A stretch of 61,954 nucleotides of DNA, filler included. It is 5 parts of 5 records of this genome, joined end to end, with 100 filler letters (N's around TTAATTAATTAA, not from the genome) between each part and the next. Parts side by side here need not be neighbours in the genome. Positions count along the whole stretch, not along the records: positions 36,189 to 56,751 come from SRR31156797_1031; positions 56,852 to 61,954 come from SRR31156797_1044; 3 more parts are not named here. One strand, given 5' to 3'. The translations under genes and the position numbers were made by a program. This document shows positions 51,399 through 61,954 of this stretch, one piece after another (position 1 is the first letter of the stretch; each line of letters begins with the position of its first letter). The notes under the pieces were generated by a model. That model did no database searches. It saw nothing but the letters and a program-made list of their open reading frames with translations, and was not told where the DNA came from.

Positions 51399-51938
51399 TT
51401 GATTATCATGAGCGATCCTTTTGTATGCGCCAGATGTGCCGCCAAGGGGCCGACATGTTGCGAACTGACTCCGGGTACAGAGGAAGTTTGCTTCCCTGTC
51501 TCTGAATATGAACGGGAGCGCATCTTTGAGTGCGTTCCCGATTCCGGTGGTTTTGTTCCGCAAGTTAATACACCGGTTTTTATTGAAAATTTACTTAGAC
51601 TTTTTCCGGGGCAACGCAGAACAGTAAAAGAATTATTCCCTCCGGGGGGAATGCATTACCGGCTGGAGGTTGATTCTGCTGGAAAATGTTTGTTTCTTGG
51701 TAGTGAGGGTTGCGTTATCCCCAAGGAAGTCCGGCCCTTGTATTGCCGGCTTTTTCCTTTTTGGACAGATGAAAATGGCAGGATTACACTCCTTGAAGTT
51801 GAAAACTGTCTTGCACAGCATGAAAACAAAACTCCGGGCAAGCTTTTTAAAGTACTTGGGGTTACGCAGGCCGAAGTGCGTGAATTGCACAGCAGGCTGA
51901 GAATCGCTTGGGGGTTTGCTCCCCATGCAGATGACTGA
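51399..51938 (+). CDS. YkgJ-family cysteine cluster protein
   Basis: CARC..TCC and CLFL..GC.I...RPLYCRLFPF motifs. Confidence 0.85.
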   Translation: MIIMSDPFVCARCAAKGPTCCELTPGTEEVCFPVSEYERERIFECVPDSGGFVPQVNTPVFIENLLRLFPGQRRTVKELFPPGGMHYRLEVDSAGKCLFLGSEGCVIPKEVRPLYCRLFPFWTDENGRITLLEVENCLAQHENKTPGKLFKVLGVTQAEVRELHSRLRIAWGFAPHADD

Positions 51939-51950
51939 TGAGAATCACAG

Positions 51951-54362
51951 ATGAAAAAAGTATATAAAATCCTACTGATAGTGACGTTGGTGATGGGAAT
52001 CCTCGGCGTAGGGTCCATGGCCGGACTTTATTTCTGGGCTGCCAGCGATCTGCCCGGATTTAAGAATATTACCGATTATAATCCTCCTCTGGTTACAACT
52101 GTTTATTCACGCAACCATAAGGTTCTCGGATATTTTTACAAGGAAAAGCGTTTTCTGGTCCGCATGGACGAGATGACTCCATTGCTGCCCAAGGCTTTTC
52201 TGGCTGCGGAAGATGCTTCTTTCTATCAGCATGACGGTGTTGATTTTACCGCAATCTCCCGCGCTTTTGTTGCCAATATGAAAAGTGGCGCAAAGACTCA
52301 GGGCGGAAGTACTATTACCCAGCAGATCATCAAGCGTTTGCTGCTTACTCCAGAGAAAAGCTACAAACGTAAACTCAAAGAAGCGATCCTTGCTTTCCGT
52401 CTGGAACATTATCTTGAAAAAGATGAGATCCTAACTATTTATCTGAACCAGATTTACCTTGGTGCAGGTGCTTACGGTGTTGAAGCTGCAGCGCGTACCT
52501 ATTTTGGTAAGCATGTAAATGAACTCAGTATTGCAGAATGTGCTTTGCTGGCCGGATTGCCTCAGGCTCCCAGCCGTTACGACCCCCTGCGTCACCCTGA
52601 AAGAGCTAAAGCCCGTCAGCTTTACGTGCTCGGGCAGATGTATGAACATAATTGGATCTCTCGCGATGAGTACAACAAGGCTGTGGAGCAGCCCCTTGTC
52701 TACAAGAGCATGGAAGATCCTTCATGGAAGCACGGCCCGTATTTCCTTGAGGAAGTTCGCCGCTGGCTGATTGATAAATATGGCGAAGAGACTGTCTACA
52801 AGGGTGGCCTTAACGTCTACACATCTTGCGATATCAAACATCAGGATGCAGCAGATGTTGCTGTTAAGCAGGGGCTTGAAGCTTCCACCAGACGCCGCGG
52901 CTGGAGAGGGCCGTTGCTGGAGCTTAAGCCCGCTGAATATGCAGGCTTTCTCGCTTCTGAAATTATTCCAGAACCGGACCTGCGTCCTGGAAAATGGGTC
53001 AAAGTTCTGGTGACCAAGGTTTCCAAAAAAGAAGCTGCGGTCAAGTTTGGCAAATATGCTGCGACTATGCCTGTTACCAGCATGAAGTGGTGCCGTACTC
53101 CGGACGTAAAAAAAGCACCTGAAGATGTTCGCCCGAAAAAAGATGCCACCAAGATTCTTAAAAAAGGTGACATTGTCTGGGCAAGGCTCGATAAGGCTTT
53201 TTTCAAAGACGGCAGCGAAGTTAATTTTAATCAGGTTGATCCTGAAACCGATACCCTCGGCGATGTCAGCTGGCTGGTTTCCCTGATGCAGAAGCCTGTT
53301 GTGCAGGGTGCCCTTGTTTCCATGGACCCCAAGACAGGTGATGTTCTGGCTATGGTCGGCGGTTATACCTTCGGCGGAAGTCATGGCAGCCAGTTCAACC
53401 GTGCTACTCAGGCTAAACGCCAGCCCGGTTCTGCGTTTAAGCCTATTGTTTATTCCACAGCCATGGATAATGGTTTCACCACTGCTTCAATCATGATGGA
53501 TGCACCTTTTGTGTATACTGATATGGAAGCAGGTAAGCTTTGGAAACCCCAGAATTTTGAGGGTGTTTTCTACGGGCCGACACTGCTGCGCACCGCTCTG
53601 GTAAAGTCCAGAAACCTCGTGACAATCAGGCTGGCCCGCAAGATGAGCATTGATAAGATTATCCAGCGCGCCAAAGATTTGGGTCTTGAAGCTGATTTTC
53701 CCAGAGACCTTTCTGTGGCTCTCGGTTCCGGGTCCGTAACCCTGCTGAATATGGTTGAAGCTTATTCAACTTTCGCAAGGGGCGGTTCTCGCGTGAAAGC
53801 ACGTCTGGTTCTTTCTGTGAATAGCGCTTGGGGCGAACTTCTTTATGATTCCAAGCCGGAAGTCACCGATGCCATCAGCCCGCAGACAGCCTACATCATG
53901 TGCAACCTGATGAAGGAAGTTGTTCAGCATGGGACAGGTTGGAGAGCAAAAGTGCTCCGCCGTCCGGTGGCTGGTAAAACCGGAACCACCAACAATGAGC
54001 AGGATGCATGGTACATGGGATTTTCACCCTATCTCGTAACCGGGGTATTTGTGGGATTTGACCAGCTTACCCCCATGGGTAAATGGGAGACCGGTTCCCG
54101 TGCAGCCAGCCCGCTTTGGGTTGCTTATCGCAAGAAGGTAGAAAAAGATTATCCTTACGAGGATTTTCCGCAGCCTGACGGTGTGGTCATGGCAAAGATT
54201 GACGCTGCTTCCGGGCTGCTTGCCGGACCCTATTCTAAGGAAACTTACTTCCTGCCGTTTAAGGAAGGCACTCAGCCCACAAGGACCGCATCCGGTTCCG
54301 GTGAAGATGGTGAGTCCGGTGGAGCAGGTTCCAGTGAGGATCTGTTTAAGCAGACGTTCTAA
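51951..54362 (+). CDS. mrcA: Penicillin-binding protein 1A
   Basis: AEDASFYQHDG and QGGSTITQQ (transglycosylase); SAFK, SRN and KTG (transpeptidase). Confidence 0.95.
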   Translation: MKKVYKILLIVTLVMGILGVGSMAGLYFWAASDLPGFKNITDYNPPLVTTVYSRNHKVLGYFYKEKRFLVRMDEMTPLLPKAFLAAEDASFYQHDGVDFTAISRAFVANMKSGAKTQGGSTITQQIIKRLLLTPEKSYKRKLKEAILAFRLEHYLEKDEILTIYLNQIYLGAGAYGVEAAARTYFGKHVNELSIAECALLAGLPQAPSRYDPLRHPERAKARQLYVLGQMYEHNWISRDEYNKAVEQPLVYKSMEDPSWKHGPYFLEEVRRWLIDKYGEETVYKGGLNVYTSCDIKHQDAADVAVKQGLEASTRRRGWRGPLLELKPAEYAGFLASEIIPEPDLRPGKWVKVLVTKVSKKEAAVKFGKYAATMPVTSMKWCRTPDVKKAPEDVRPKKDATKILKKGDIVWARLDKAFFKDGSEVNFNQVDPETDTLGDVSWLVSLMQKPVVQGALVSMDPKTGDVLAMVGGYTFGGSHGSQFNRATQAKRQPGSAFKPIVYSTAMDNGFTTASIMMDAPFVYTDMEAGKLWKPQNFEGVFYGPTLLRTALVKSRNLVTIRLARKMSIDKIIQRAKDLGLEADFPRDLSVALGSGSVTLLNMVEAYSTFARGGSRVKARLVLSVNSAWGELLYDSKPEVTDAISPQTAYIMCNLMKEVVQHGTGWRAKVLRRPVAGKTGTTNNEQDAWYMGFSPYLVTGVFVGFDQLTPMGKWETGSRAASPLWVAYRKKVEKDYPYEDFPQPDGVVMAKIDAASGLLAGPYSKETYFLPFKEGTQPTRTASGSGEDGESGGAGSSEDLFKQTF

Positions 54363-54385
54363 CTGAGTTCTAATCATTAAATATT

Positions 54386-54424
54386 AATCCCCCTCGTACT
54401 GAAGTATGAGGGGGATTTTTTTTT
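54386..54424 (+). terminator. Intrinsic terminator
   Basis: AATCCCCCTCGTAC..GTATGAGGGGGATT followed by a T run. Confidence 0.8.
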
Positions 54425-54542
54425 GATTAGTAGAAATGTGTGTTAGTATGTTACATTTCTGTTACGAAATTGTATTGGGTGTAATGGCGGCACTCATGCA
54501 AAGGGAATGAATTTTTGGATAGTCCTTTGGGATGGAGGGAAC

Positions 54543-56714
54543 ATGAGCTTACTGGATAATTTTAAAATTAAAACTAAGTTTTTAGGTAACATCATAATTG
54601 TTCTCAGCCTGTGTGCTTCTGCACTGGGAATGTATCAGTTTGCGCTGATTGAAACCGGAAACGGGTATACTGATGTTCTTAGCGAAGAGGTCTATATTGC
54701 TCAGCAGGTTCAGAAAGCAGAGATAGCCATGCTTGAAGCCCGCAGGTCTGAGAAGGATTTTATGTTACGCAAAGATATGAAATATCCGCCCCGTGTTGAA
54801 AATAGCGTAGCTGAGATCGTTGCAGCCATGGATAGTGTTTCCAAGGTCGGTCATAATGCGGGATTTGATGAAATAGGAAAGCTTGCTTCGCTGATTAAGG
54901 GCGATGCCCTGCAATATTTAAAGGTATTTAAGGGAGTAGTTCAAAGTTATGTGGAAAAAGGGTTGACCCCTAAGGAGGGCTTACAGGGCGAATTCAGGCA
55001 AGCAGCCCACATGATAATGGGCCGTGTTCCAGAATTTGCAGTAGATGATTTATATCTACATTGGTTGCAGATGCGCAGGTATGAAAAAGATTTTATGAGA
55101 ACCGGGAGTGCAAAGTATCGTACTCGTTTTTTTGCAGCAGTGAATGCGTATAAAGATGGATTGGGTAAAAGTGCATGTGCTGAGAATGCTAAGATATTAC
55201 AGCTTAAGGCATTAGAAATATACACACCAGCCATGAAACGGATCATGCAGGGCGTACCCGCTGACGTGCAGGCTGCGCTATACCTGAAGGCTCGCACTTC
55301 AGCCGGAAATATGGAGAAGGGTTTAAAATCCGTATTTGTCCCGAAGGTTCAATCCTTGATTCTTGCAGTGCGTAGGTATGAAAAAGATTATTTGCTTCGC
55401 GGAAGTGATAAGTATGTGAAGAAAACCCTTGCCGGTCTTGAAAAGTTGAACGTTGCTTTTGCCGGATCTCTTGTGTCGGCTAAGCAAAGAATCGAGATTG
55501 AAAAAGGTATTAAAACATACCGGACCGCCTTTCTGGCTCTTGTTAATGAAAATAACCATATTGCCGAACAGAACAGTGAAATGCGTGCCGCAGTGCATGC
55601 CATTGAACCTGAATTGGTGAAAATACATGAATTGGCTGAAGCGCGGATGGGGCAACGCACAGTCTCTCTTCAAGCTGAGGCGGGGATATTTTCAAAGACA
55701 GCAATGGGCATCGGCGGAGCTGCATTATTTATCGGTATTGTCATATCTTTATTGGTGACAAATTCTATTGCCCATCCGTTACGTACAGCCGAGAGCACGG
55801 TTATGAAGATGGCTGATGGCGATCTTAACCAGAATGTGCAATCAGCCAGCCGCGATGAAACTGGCGTAATGCTTAATGCCATGGGTAATATGATATACAG
55901 GCTTCGAGATGTTGTTACGGGGGTAAATTCCGCTGTCTCAAACATTGCGGCAGGTAGTGAAGAGCTTGCCTCCACATCAGAATCTATGTCTCAGGGCTCA
56001 TCTGAGCAGGCTGCTAGTGTTGAAGAGCTTTCTGCTTCAATTAGCTCTGTCACCGTTTCTATTGAAAAGAATGCCCATAATTCTCAGGAAACATCTCGAA
56101 TTGCATCCAAAGCTGCATCTAAAGCAAGTGAAAGTGGGCAGGTCGTGTCCGGCGCAGTTGGGGCGATGAAGGATATTGCTGAGAAAATTACCATTATTGA
56201 GGATATCGCTCGTCAGACCAATTTACTGGCTCTTAATGCTGCAATCGAAGCAGCGAGGGCGGGGGAGCATGGCAAGGGATTTGCTGTTGTTGCCGCAGAG
56301 GTTCGGAAACTGGCTGAGCGCAGTGGAATCGCCGCCGGTGAAATAAGCGAGCTTTCCACCAATACGCTCAACGTGGCTGATAAAGCTGTTCGGATGCTTA
56401 ATGAACTGGTGCCGGAGATCGGGAAGACTTCAGATTTGGTAGAGGAAATTAATGCCGTCTGTGCAGAACAGGGTGAATCTATTAAGCAGATCGGTTCGGC
56501 TGTATCTCAGGTTGAAGTTGCAACTCAAACCTCTGCTTCAGCGGCAGAAGAAGTTTCAGCAACATCGCAGGAGTTGGCTGGACAGGCAGAAAATTTGCGA
56601 AGAATGATGGGCTACTTCAAGTGTGATTCCGCAGGTCATTGCGATGTATCCGGTATTGAAGGACCAAAGGCTCTTGCTTCTGCTGAAGATTATGCCGGAA
56701 TGGATAGGTTCTAA
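54543..56714 (+). CDS. Methyl-accepting chemotaxis protein with repetitive helical (HBM-like) sensor
   Basis: GGAGG RBS, TM, three RRxEKDF/Y repeats, [26 protein letters not shown]. Confidence 0.93.
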   Translation: MSLLDNFKIKTKFLGNIIIVLSLCASALGMYQFALIETGNGYTDVLSEEVYIAQQVQKAEIAMLEARRSEKDFMLRKDMKYPPRVENSVAEIVAAMDSVSKVGHNAGFDEIGKLASLIKGDALQYLKVFKGVVQSYVEKGLTPKEGLQGEFRQAAHMIMGRVPEFAVDDLYLHWLQMRRYEKDFMRTGSAKYRTRFFAAVNAYKDGLGKSACAENAKILQLKALEIYTPAMKRIMQGVPADVQAALYLKARTSAGNMEKGLKSVFVPKVQSLILAVRRYEKDYLLRGSDKYVKKTLAGLEKLNVAFAGSLVSAKQRIEIEKGIKTYRTAFLALVNENNHIAEQNSEMRAAVHAIEPELVKIHELAEARMGQRTVSLQAEAGIFSKTAMGIGGAALFIGIVISLLVTNSIAHPLRTAESTVMKMADGDLNQNVQSASRDETGVMLNAMGNMIYRLRDVVTGVNSAVSNIAAGSEELASTSESMSQGSSEQAASVEELSASISSVTVSIEKNAHNSQETSRIASKAASKASESGQVVSGAVGAMKDIAEKITIIEDIARQTNLLALNAAIEAARAGEHGKGFAVVAAEVRKLAERSGIAAGEISELSTNTLNVADKAVRMLNELVPEIGKTSDLVEEINAVCAEQGESIKQIGSAVSQVEVATQTSASAAEEVSATSQELAGQAENLRRMMGYFKCDSAGHCDVSGIEGPKALASAEDYAGMDRF

Positions 56715-56723
56715 ACATAAAAA

Positions 56724-56751
56724 AGGGGGGATATCATATGATATCCCCCCT
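56724..56751. terminator. Perfect 28-bp palindrome after the MCP at the contig end
   Basis: AGGGGGGATATCATATGATATCCCCCCT equals its own reverse complement. Confidence 0.65.
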
Positions 56752-56851
56752 NNNNNNNNNNNNNNNNNNNNNNNNNNNNNNNNNNNNNNNNNNNNTTAAT
56801 TAATTAANNNNNNNNNNNNNNNNNNNNNNNNNNNNNNNNNNNNNNNNNNNN
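56752..56851. other. Artificial contig linker
   Basis: 44 N + TTAATTAATTAA + 44 N. Confidence 0.98.
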
Positions 56852-57131
56852 TGGTTAAAACCTCCGATAATTCGGAGCAAGCTCTGCAAACTTGCCTGAC
56901 GGATTTTTTTTTGTAGGGATGTGGCAGTCCGGGTTTATTGCCGTTACTTTTTCTGCAAATTTTACATAGCCAGGTATTTATTGAGTACAGAGATATGAGT
57001 ATTGAGAAAATCATTTGTTTTTTCTTCTCTCACTATTCATTACTTTCTACTCATATCTTTTTCTTTATGCATTCCCTGTCTAACAGGCAGGCATTCAATC
57101 TTAAATCTATGTACTTCCAGCGCATAGTGGT

Positions 57132-58133
57132 TTAGTTTTTTATGTTAGTTATAACGATTCTTTGTCCAACAATTTTATAATCAATTGGTAAGGTCGTTTT
57201 TATAATTTCAAGGAACTCAACAATTGATTCATTCTTTATTGTACCGTCAAAGTGTAAGGAGAGAAGTTCTTTATTTTTCACTTCAATATCAACACCAAAT
57301 TTACGTTCCAGCAGAACCACTAAATCTTTAAGGTTCATATTTACAAAAATGAGCTTGTTTTCTTTCCATGACGTATACCACTTGGTATTTACATTTTTTA
57401 CAAGCAGGTTTCTGGAGGTTTTATTCAGCACAACTTGTTCGCCTGGATTAATTGTTATGTCGTTTGGCAATTTATATAAATCAGTCGACTGAATAATAAT
57501 TTGTCCTTCTTCAAGAGTAGTTACTATTTCGTTGTCTGATTCATAGGCTTTAACGTTAAACTGAGTTCCGGTTACTTTGATATCGTAAACAGGAGTACGT
57601 ACATAGAACGGCTTCTCTTTATTTCTTTTCACGTCAAACCAGGCTTCTCCTTTTAAAAATACTTCACGTTTTTTTTCCTGGTTATCTAACCGGTATTGTA
57701 TCCGGGAGTCGGCATTAAGAAATACGATTGTACTGTCGGGAAGGACTAATTCACTAACCGATCCTTTAGGTGAGTGAGCCGCGAAATATATAGTTTCTTT
57801 ACTGGTTTGTTTTAATGAAGCCAAATAAATACCCGTTATTAGTCCGATTAAAATTGCAGCAGCAATCCTGGACCATCGATAAAGAGATATGGTTTTATTT
57901 GACTTGTGTTTTTGGCTTTTCTCAATTCTTGACCACAATTTAGAGAACATTACCTTAATATCCGGAACATCATTCGAGATCGTTTCATCATGCAGGAGAT
58001 TGTGCATTAGTATTTCTTTTATTTCAAATTCCGCTCTCTCTTTGTGAAAATAAGAAAGCATCTCCTGTTTTTCTGATTTGCTACAGTTTTTTATAATTCC
58101 GTTTTTGAATTTATTTCTGGTATTCTCTGTCAT
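57132..58133 (-). CDS. FecR-family anti-sigma factor (Bacteroidota type)
   Basis: One TM, LPDSTIVFLNADS, GEAWFDV, VTGTQFNV and SWKENKLIF. Confidence 0.92.
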   Translation of the reverse strand: MTENTRNKFKNGIIKNCSKSEKQEMLSYFHKERAEFEIKEILMHNLLHDETISNDVPDIKVMFSKLWSRIEKSQKHKSNKTISLYRWSRIAAAILIGLITGIYLASLKQTSKETIYFAAHSPKGSVSELVLPDSTIVFLNADSRIQYRLDNQEKKREVFLKGEAWFDVKRNKEKPFYVRTPVYDIKVTGTQFNVKAYESDNEIVTTLEEGQIIIQSTDLYKLPNDITINPGEQVVLNKTSRNLLVKNVNTKWYTSWKENKLIFVNMNLKDLVVLLERKFGVDIEVKNKELLSLHFDGTIKNESIVEFLEIIKTTLPIDYKIVGQRIVITNIKN

Positions 58134-58388
58134 AATATCTTAGCCTGGTTAAAACAACAAGACTTTTCAGTTTTTAATTAAAAATTGAACTATTTTTTAG
58201 TTGATAAAGCCGCCCGATAGAGTTCGGGCGACTATTTCCAAACTAAACTTCGACTACTCGAATAACAATATCAATGTATTGATACAATCAATACGAATGA
58301 GATTCTGTATTTACTCACCACGAATTCACTTTTTTTTGTGGCTATATGTTAATTGCCCTGATTTGTTGAGTTTTAGCAGCGTTTAGAG

Positions 58389-58979
58389 TTACCCACACAT
58401 AATATAAATAAAGAGAAAAGAAAGAAGAGATTGTTCCTTAAAATGTTTTTTCAGAAATGAAATGGCTCTGTAAAGATGGTTCTCAACCGTTCTTTTTGAT
58501 AAATTAAGTTTATCGGCAATTTCATTATTGGTAAGACCTTCAACTTTACTTAACAGAAATACCTTTTGTTGCTGATCGGGTAATTGAGCTAAAAGTGTGT
58601 TGAGGTTTTGTTTCATTTCTGTAAAAATTACTTCGTGCCACGTGTATTCATTGCTAACCGAATAATTTAAGCGGGCATAATCTTCGTAAGCATGTTGCAG
58701 GTTTTTTCGTCGAACAAAATCGTATATCGTATTTACTGCAATTTTGAAAATAAAAGACTTAACGTTTTTATTTGTATCCAGAATACTTCTTTTATCCCAT
58801 ATTTTTAAGAACACTTCTTGTACCAATTCTTCTGCATCGGAAGGATTTTCTAAATACGATTTTGAAAAATTATAGATACGTGGGGCATACTTCTCAAATA
58901 GTGCCTGATAAGCAGCCTTATTATCAGTAATAATTAATTGGGTAAGTTGCTGATCGCTTAGTTCTTTTAGCTGGTTCAA
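58389..58979 (-). CDS. ECF sigma-70 factor (Bacteroides expansion family)
   Basis: DAEELVQEVFLKIW, LPDQQQKVFLLS..GLTNNEIA..LSKRTVENH; TTG start. Confidence 0.92.
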   Translation of the reverse strand: MNQLKELSDQQLTQLIITDNKAAYQALFEKYAPRIYNFSKSYLENPSDAEELVQEVFLKIWDKRSILDTNKNVKSFIFKIAVNTIYDFVRRKNLQHAYEDYARLNYSVSNEYTWHEVIFTEMKQNLNTLLAQLPDQQQKVFLLSKVEGLTNNEIADKLNLSKRTVENHLYRAISFLKKHFKEQSLLSFLFIYIMCG

Positions 58980-59115
58980 TGTTAATTCCGTTAGTGCATC
59001 CCAAATATAAATGAAAAAAATACACCTTCAGAAATGATGTGAAAGTATTTTTTTCTGAACCATTAATATGAGAATAGCCGGCTTTTTCGGTTGGTATGTG
59101 ACAAAGATTAGGGGA

Positions 59116-59158
59116 ATTCACCGGGTGATTGTTACAATTGTTTGATCTCCCGGTGAAT
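59116..59158 (-). terminator. Hairpin downstream of susD
   Basis: ATTCACCGGGTGAT..ATCTCCCGGTGAAT inverted repeat. Confidence 0.65.
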
Positions 59159-59170
59159 AATTATCTTAAA

Positions 59171-60817
59171 TTAATAACCCGGATTTTGTTCCATGTTAGG
59201 ATTTAAATCCAGTTGTTGAGTTGGTATAGGCCATAACATATGGTGTTCATCAATATCTATGGCTGGGTTTTCGCGACCAAACTTGTTGGCTGTCCAATAA
59301 GCTTTCATTTCGTCTACATAAATCCCCCAGCGTCGCATATCAAAGAAAACATGGCCATATTCAGTTGCCAGTTCTCTCATCCTTTCTTCCCGGACATATT
59401 GTCTTAAATCGGATTTTGAAGCAACGATTTCAGCAGGAACATCGGGCATATCAACCGATTCTCTGCTGCGCACAATATTTACGTAATCAGCCGCATCGGT
59501 AAGGTTATCTAATTCCACCTGAGCTTCGGCATAAAGCAGCAAAACATCGGCATAACGCATTACAACCATATTCATATCGCTTTGCGCAAATCCGTCCTGG
59601 TAAACAATCATTTTAAGGTTTCCGTAGTTTGATTCAACAGGACTAGCTGCTGTAAAGGTATGATTGGGCCATTTTTCATCAAGGTAAGTATTACCCTCAT
59701 AAGCAATTGTCCATCTCAATCGGGGATCGCGATCTTTAAAAGCACTATCCGAATCGAATGACGGATCATCAGATGAGAAGGTAAAATAGTCAACACCTTC
59801 GCCACTGCCGGTCCAGGTACTTTTAACTTTATAACCGTTGGTGGTTTCATAAAAATCTAACAGGTAGTCGGTTGGCTCTATATAGTTCCATCCATTTCCT
59901 CCTAAATCAAGGCCTGCTGCACCTGTAGCACAATACGAAACAAATCCATTTCCGTACTGATCGCCAATTCCGCTCATATATTGCCATTCAAAAATTGATT
60001 CGATTCCATTTTCACCTTCAGGCCAAAACTGGTCAATAAAACCTGTTGAGCCCGGGGTTAACTGAAAATTACCCGAGTCAATAACTTTTTTAAGTTCTGT
60101 AGCTGCATTTTCCCATTGCTCTTCGTAACAATAAAGTTTTCCAAGCAAAGTTTGGGCAGCCTCTTTACTTGCTCTTCCTAACTCCGATGAGTTGCTGCGG
60201 TATTTTGTAATAGACGGGAGTAGGTTTTGTGCCTCCGTTAAATCTGTTATCATTTGCTCAACAATAACTGATTTCGGATCGCGGGGAGGGTAGTAAGTTT
60301 CTTTTGTAACTGGTTCAGTAATTAAAGGCATATCGCCCCAGATATATGTTAAATAGAAATAATAAATTGCCCGAAGGAATAAGGCCTCACCTTTTATTTG
60401 TTCCTTTAAACCACTGGTTGTAAAAACATCATCGCCGTTTTCTTCAATACGATAAAGCACCTCGTTTGCACGTGCAATTCCTATCCACCAAAACCTGAAC
60501 CATTTTTGCATATCCCAGGGTACACCATCAGGAGTATAACCATTACCTCCCCAGTTAAACTGACCAAAACGTCCGCTTCCTTTTACTGCAATCGGAGTTG
60601 CTATATCAATCATAGGGAAATATTCCATGCTTTGACGCCAAATATTGTTTATACCGTAGGTTCCGTTAATAGATTGGATAAAATCATCCTCGGTTTGATA
60701 AAAAGTTTCGGTTGTTAAGCGGTCTTCCGGAAGTGTTTCCAAAAAGCTCTCCTTACAACCTACTGCTATAAGAAGTAGAAAGATAATTAATCCTATATAT
60801 GAGTTTTTAAGTTTCAT
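59171..60817 (-). CDS. susD: RagB/SusD-family lipoprotein
   Basis: Lipobox AVGC, GEALFLRAIYYF, RYADVLLLYAEA, ERMRELATE, DMRRWG and terminal QNPGY. Confidence 0.93.
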   Translation of the reverse strand: MKLKNSYIGLIIFLLLIAVGCKESFLETLPEDRLTTETFYQTEDDFIQSINGTYGINNIWRQSMEYFPMIDIATPIAVKGSGRFGQFNWGGNGYTPDGVPWDMQKWFRFWWIGIARANEVLYRIEENGDDVFTTSGLKEQIKGEALFLRAIYYFYLTYIWGDMPLITEPVTKETYYPPRDPKSVIVEQMITDLTEAQNLLPSITKYRSNSSELGRASKEAAQTLLGKLYCYEEQWENAATELKKVIDSGNFQLTPGSTGFIDQFWPEGENGIESIFEWQYMSGIGDQYGNGFVSYCATGAAGLDLGGNGWNYIEPTDYLLDFYETTNGYKVKSTWTGSGEGVDYFTFSSDDPSFDSDSAFKDRDPRLRWTIAYEGNTYLDEKWPNHTFTAASPVESNYGNLKMIVYQDGFAQSDMNMVVMRYADVLLLYAEAQVELDNLTDAADYVNIVRSRESVDMPDVPAEIVASKSDLRQYVREERMRELATEYGHVFFDMRRWGIYVDEMKAYWTANKFGRENPAIDIDEHHMLWPIPTQQLDLNPNMEQNPGY

Positions 60818-60836
60818 ATTTTTAGTATTTAAATGG

Positions 60837-61954
60837 TTAGAAAGTAATTGATAATCCCGCTTCAAAAGTTTTTGCCTGAGGTAGGTCTGATCCTCCCCGG
60901 GTGTATACTTTGTCAATATAACCGGTACTGTCAGAGCGTTTTTGCCTTGTTCCTATTTCCGGATCGAAACCAACATAATCGGTTATGGTTAGCAGGTTAG
61001 TGGCAGAGAAGAAAACACGAAGTTTTTCAAGAGAAACACCAAAGAGTGATTTGGCCGGAAGGGTATAACCCAATTGTAGATTTTTAATCCGGAAGTAGCT
61101 TGCATCCATTAACCAACGGGTGTTACAAACGTTGTTAATACCCCTAATTCCGCTACCAATGGCCGGATAATAAGTGTTGTCGCCTTCTTGTGTCCAGCGA
61201 TTTTCATAAACTTCTTTGTACATGTTTGCATAATCATATAATACACCAAAATCCATTGCATACTCAGGTGTTACCATAATCTTTTTATCAAATTCACCCT
61301 GAATTTGCATGCTCATGTCAAAGTTCTTCCATGCCAGATCAATGGTTCCACCATAATAGAACTCGGGGATCGAGTTCCCCAGAAATTTTCTATCTTCTTC
61401 ATCAATTGTACCGCTATCGTCCAAATCTTTGTATTTAAAATCGCCAGGTCTGGCTCCATCCAGTGTCGGACTGTTGGCAATATCTTCCTCCGATTGGTAG
61501 ATGCCTTCAACTACATAACCGTAATATGAGTTTATGGATTGTCCTTCTTCTGTTCGGGTATACGAATCGATTATTGGAGCAACATCTCCCATATCTACAA
61601 CTTCGTTTTTAACCTGCGTAATATTGAACGACAGGTTATATTTTAGCTGTCCGAGTCGATCGCCATATTGTGCTGAGAATTCCCATCCCGTATTATCAAC
61701 ACCTCCTAAGTTTACATATGGATTGCTGCTGTAACCCGTAGTTGAAGGAAGTGGTAGAATCAAAAGCATATCGGTTGTTTTACGTTTAAACAACTCAAGG
61801 GTCATATTAAGTTTGTTGTTAAAAAGTCCAAGGTCGGCAGCAATGTTGGTGGTAGTTGTCGATTCCCAACTTATATCTTCATTATAAGCGCCGCTTACCA
61901 ATGCTCCTGAGTTGAGTGTTTGCTCTTCTCCCAATACATATCCGGTATAAAATG
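60837..61954 (-). CDS. susC: SusC/RagA TonB-dependent transporter, 3' part (5' end outside window)
   Basis: ISWESTTT.N, PGDFKYKDL, DASYFRIKNLQLGY, GFDPE and terminal aromatic residue (LSITF). Confidence 0.93.
   Translation of the reverse strand, partial: FYTGYVLGEEQTLNSGALVSGAYNEDISWESTTTTNIAADLGLFNNKLNMTLELFKRKTTDMLLILPLPSTTGYSSNPYVNLGGVDNTGWEFSAQYGDRLGQLKYNLSFNITQVKNEVVDMGDVAPIIDSYTRTEEGQSINSYYGYVVEGIYQSEEDIANSPTLDGARPGDFKYKDLDDSGTIDEEDRKFLGNSIPEFYYGGTIDLAWKNFDMSMQIQGEFDKKIMVTPEYAMDFGVLYDYANMYKEVYENRWTQEGDNTYYPAIGSGIRGINNVCNTRWLMDASYFRIKNLQLGYTLPAKSLFGVSLEKLRVFFSATNLLTITDYVGFDPEIGTRQKRSDSTGYIDKVYTRGGSDLPQAKTFEAGLSITF

Noticed and set aside
56796..57135. Small ORFs at the start of contig 5
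   Set aside because: One runs into the linker; neither has coding features.
57132..58979. Functional link between this FecR/ECF pair and the FecR-RTX array
   Set aside because: They lie on different contigs from different phyla; used only as a motif comparison.
1..61954. CRISPR arrays, rRNA, phage or anti-phage defence genes
   Set aside because: No repeat-spacer array, rRNA signature or recognisable cas, phage or defence protein was seen.

Overview
The window is not one chromosome segment. It is five contigs joined by identical artificial 100-nt linkers (44 N + TTAATTAATTAA + 44 N) and comes from several unrelated anaerobes. Contig 1 (1-12647, Desulfovibrionaceae, Maridesulfovibrio-like) carries the end of dsrB, dsrD, dsrN, an unknown soluble protein, lgt, three tandem FecR-domain/RTX proteins and a conserved hypothetical. 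Contig 2 (12748-25970, low-GC, Firmicutes-like) is a YesMN-regulated sugar/polyol uptake and catabolism cluster with IS6 sequence at both ends. Contig 3 (26071-36088, very AT-rich anaerobe) has rubrerythrin, an APC permease, a Cache adenylate cyclase, an [FeFe]-hydrogenase-like/MCP fusion, a truncated LysE and an MCP. Contig 4 (36189-56751, Desulfovibrionaceae) is mostly housekeeping: partial tRNA, murA, comEC, PSP1/ricT, metG, slyX, feoA, carB, purF, PBP1A and an MCP. Contig 5 (56852-61954, Bacteroidota) has susC/susD, an ECF sigma factor and FecR. The best candidates for undescribed biology are (i) a transmembrane-free protein built from two MotA cytoplasmic-like modules that keeps the FliG-contacting Arg/Glu pair, (ii) the array of signal-peptide-less FecR-capped RTX proteins with an invariant Gly-Thr motif that may self-cleave, (iii) a kinase-free catabolic cluster with a catalytic/pseudo-catalytic aldolase pair, and (iv) a soluble putative H2-sensing chemoreceptor. 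All family calls are by-eye motif recognition; no searches were run.
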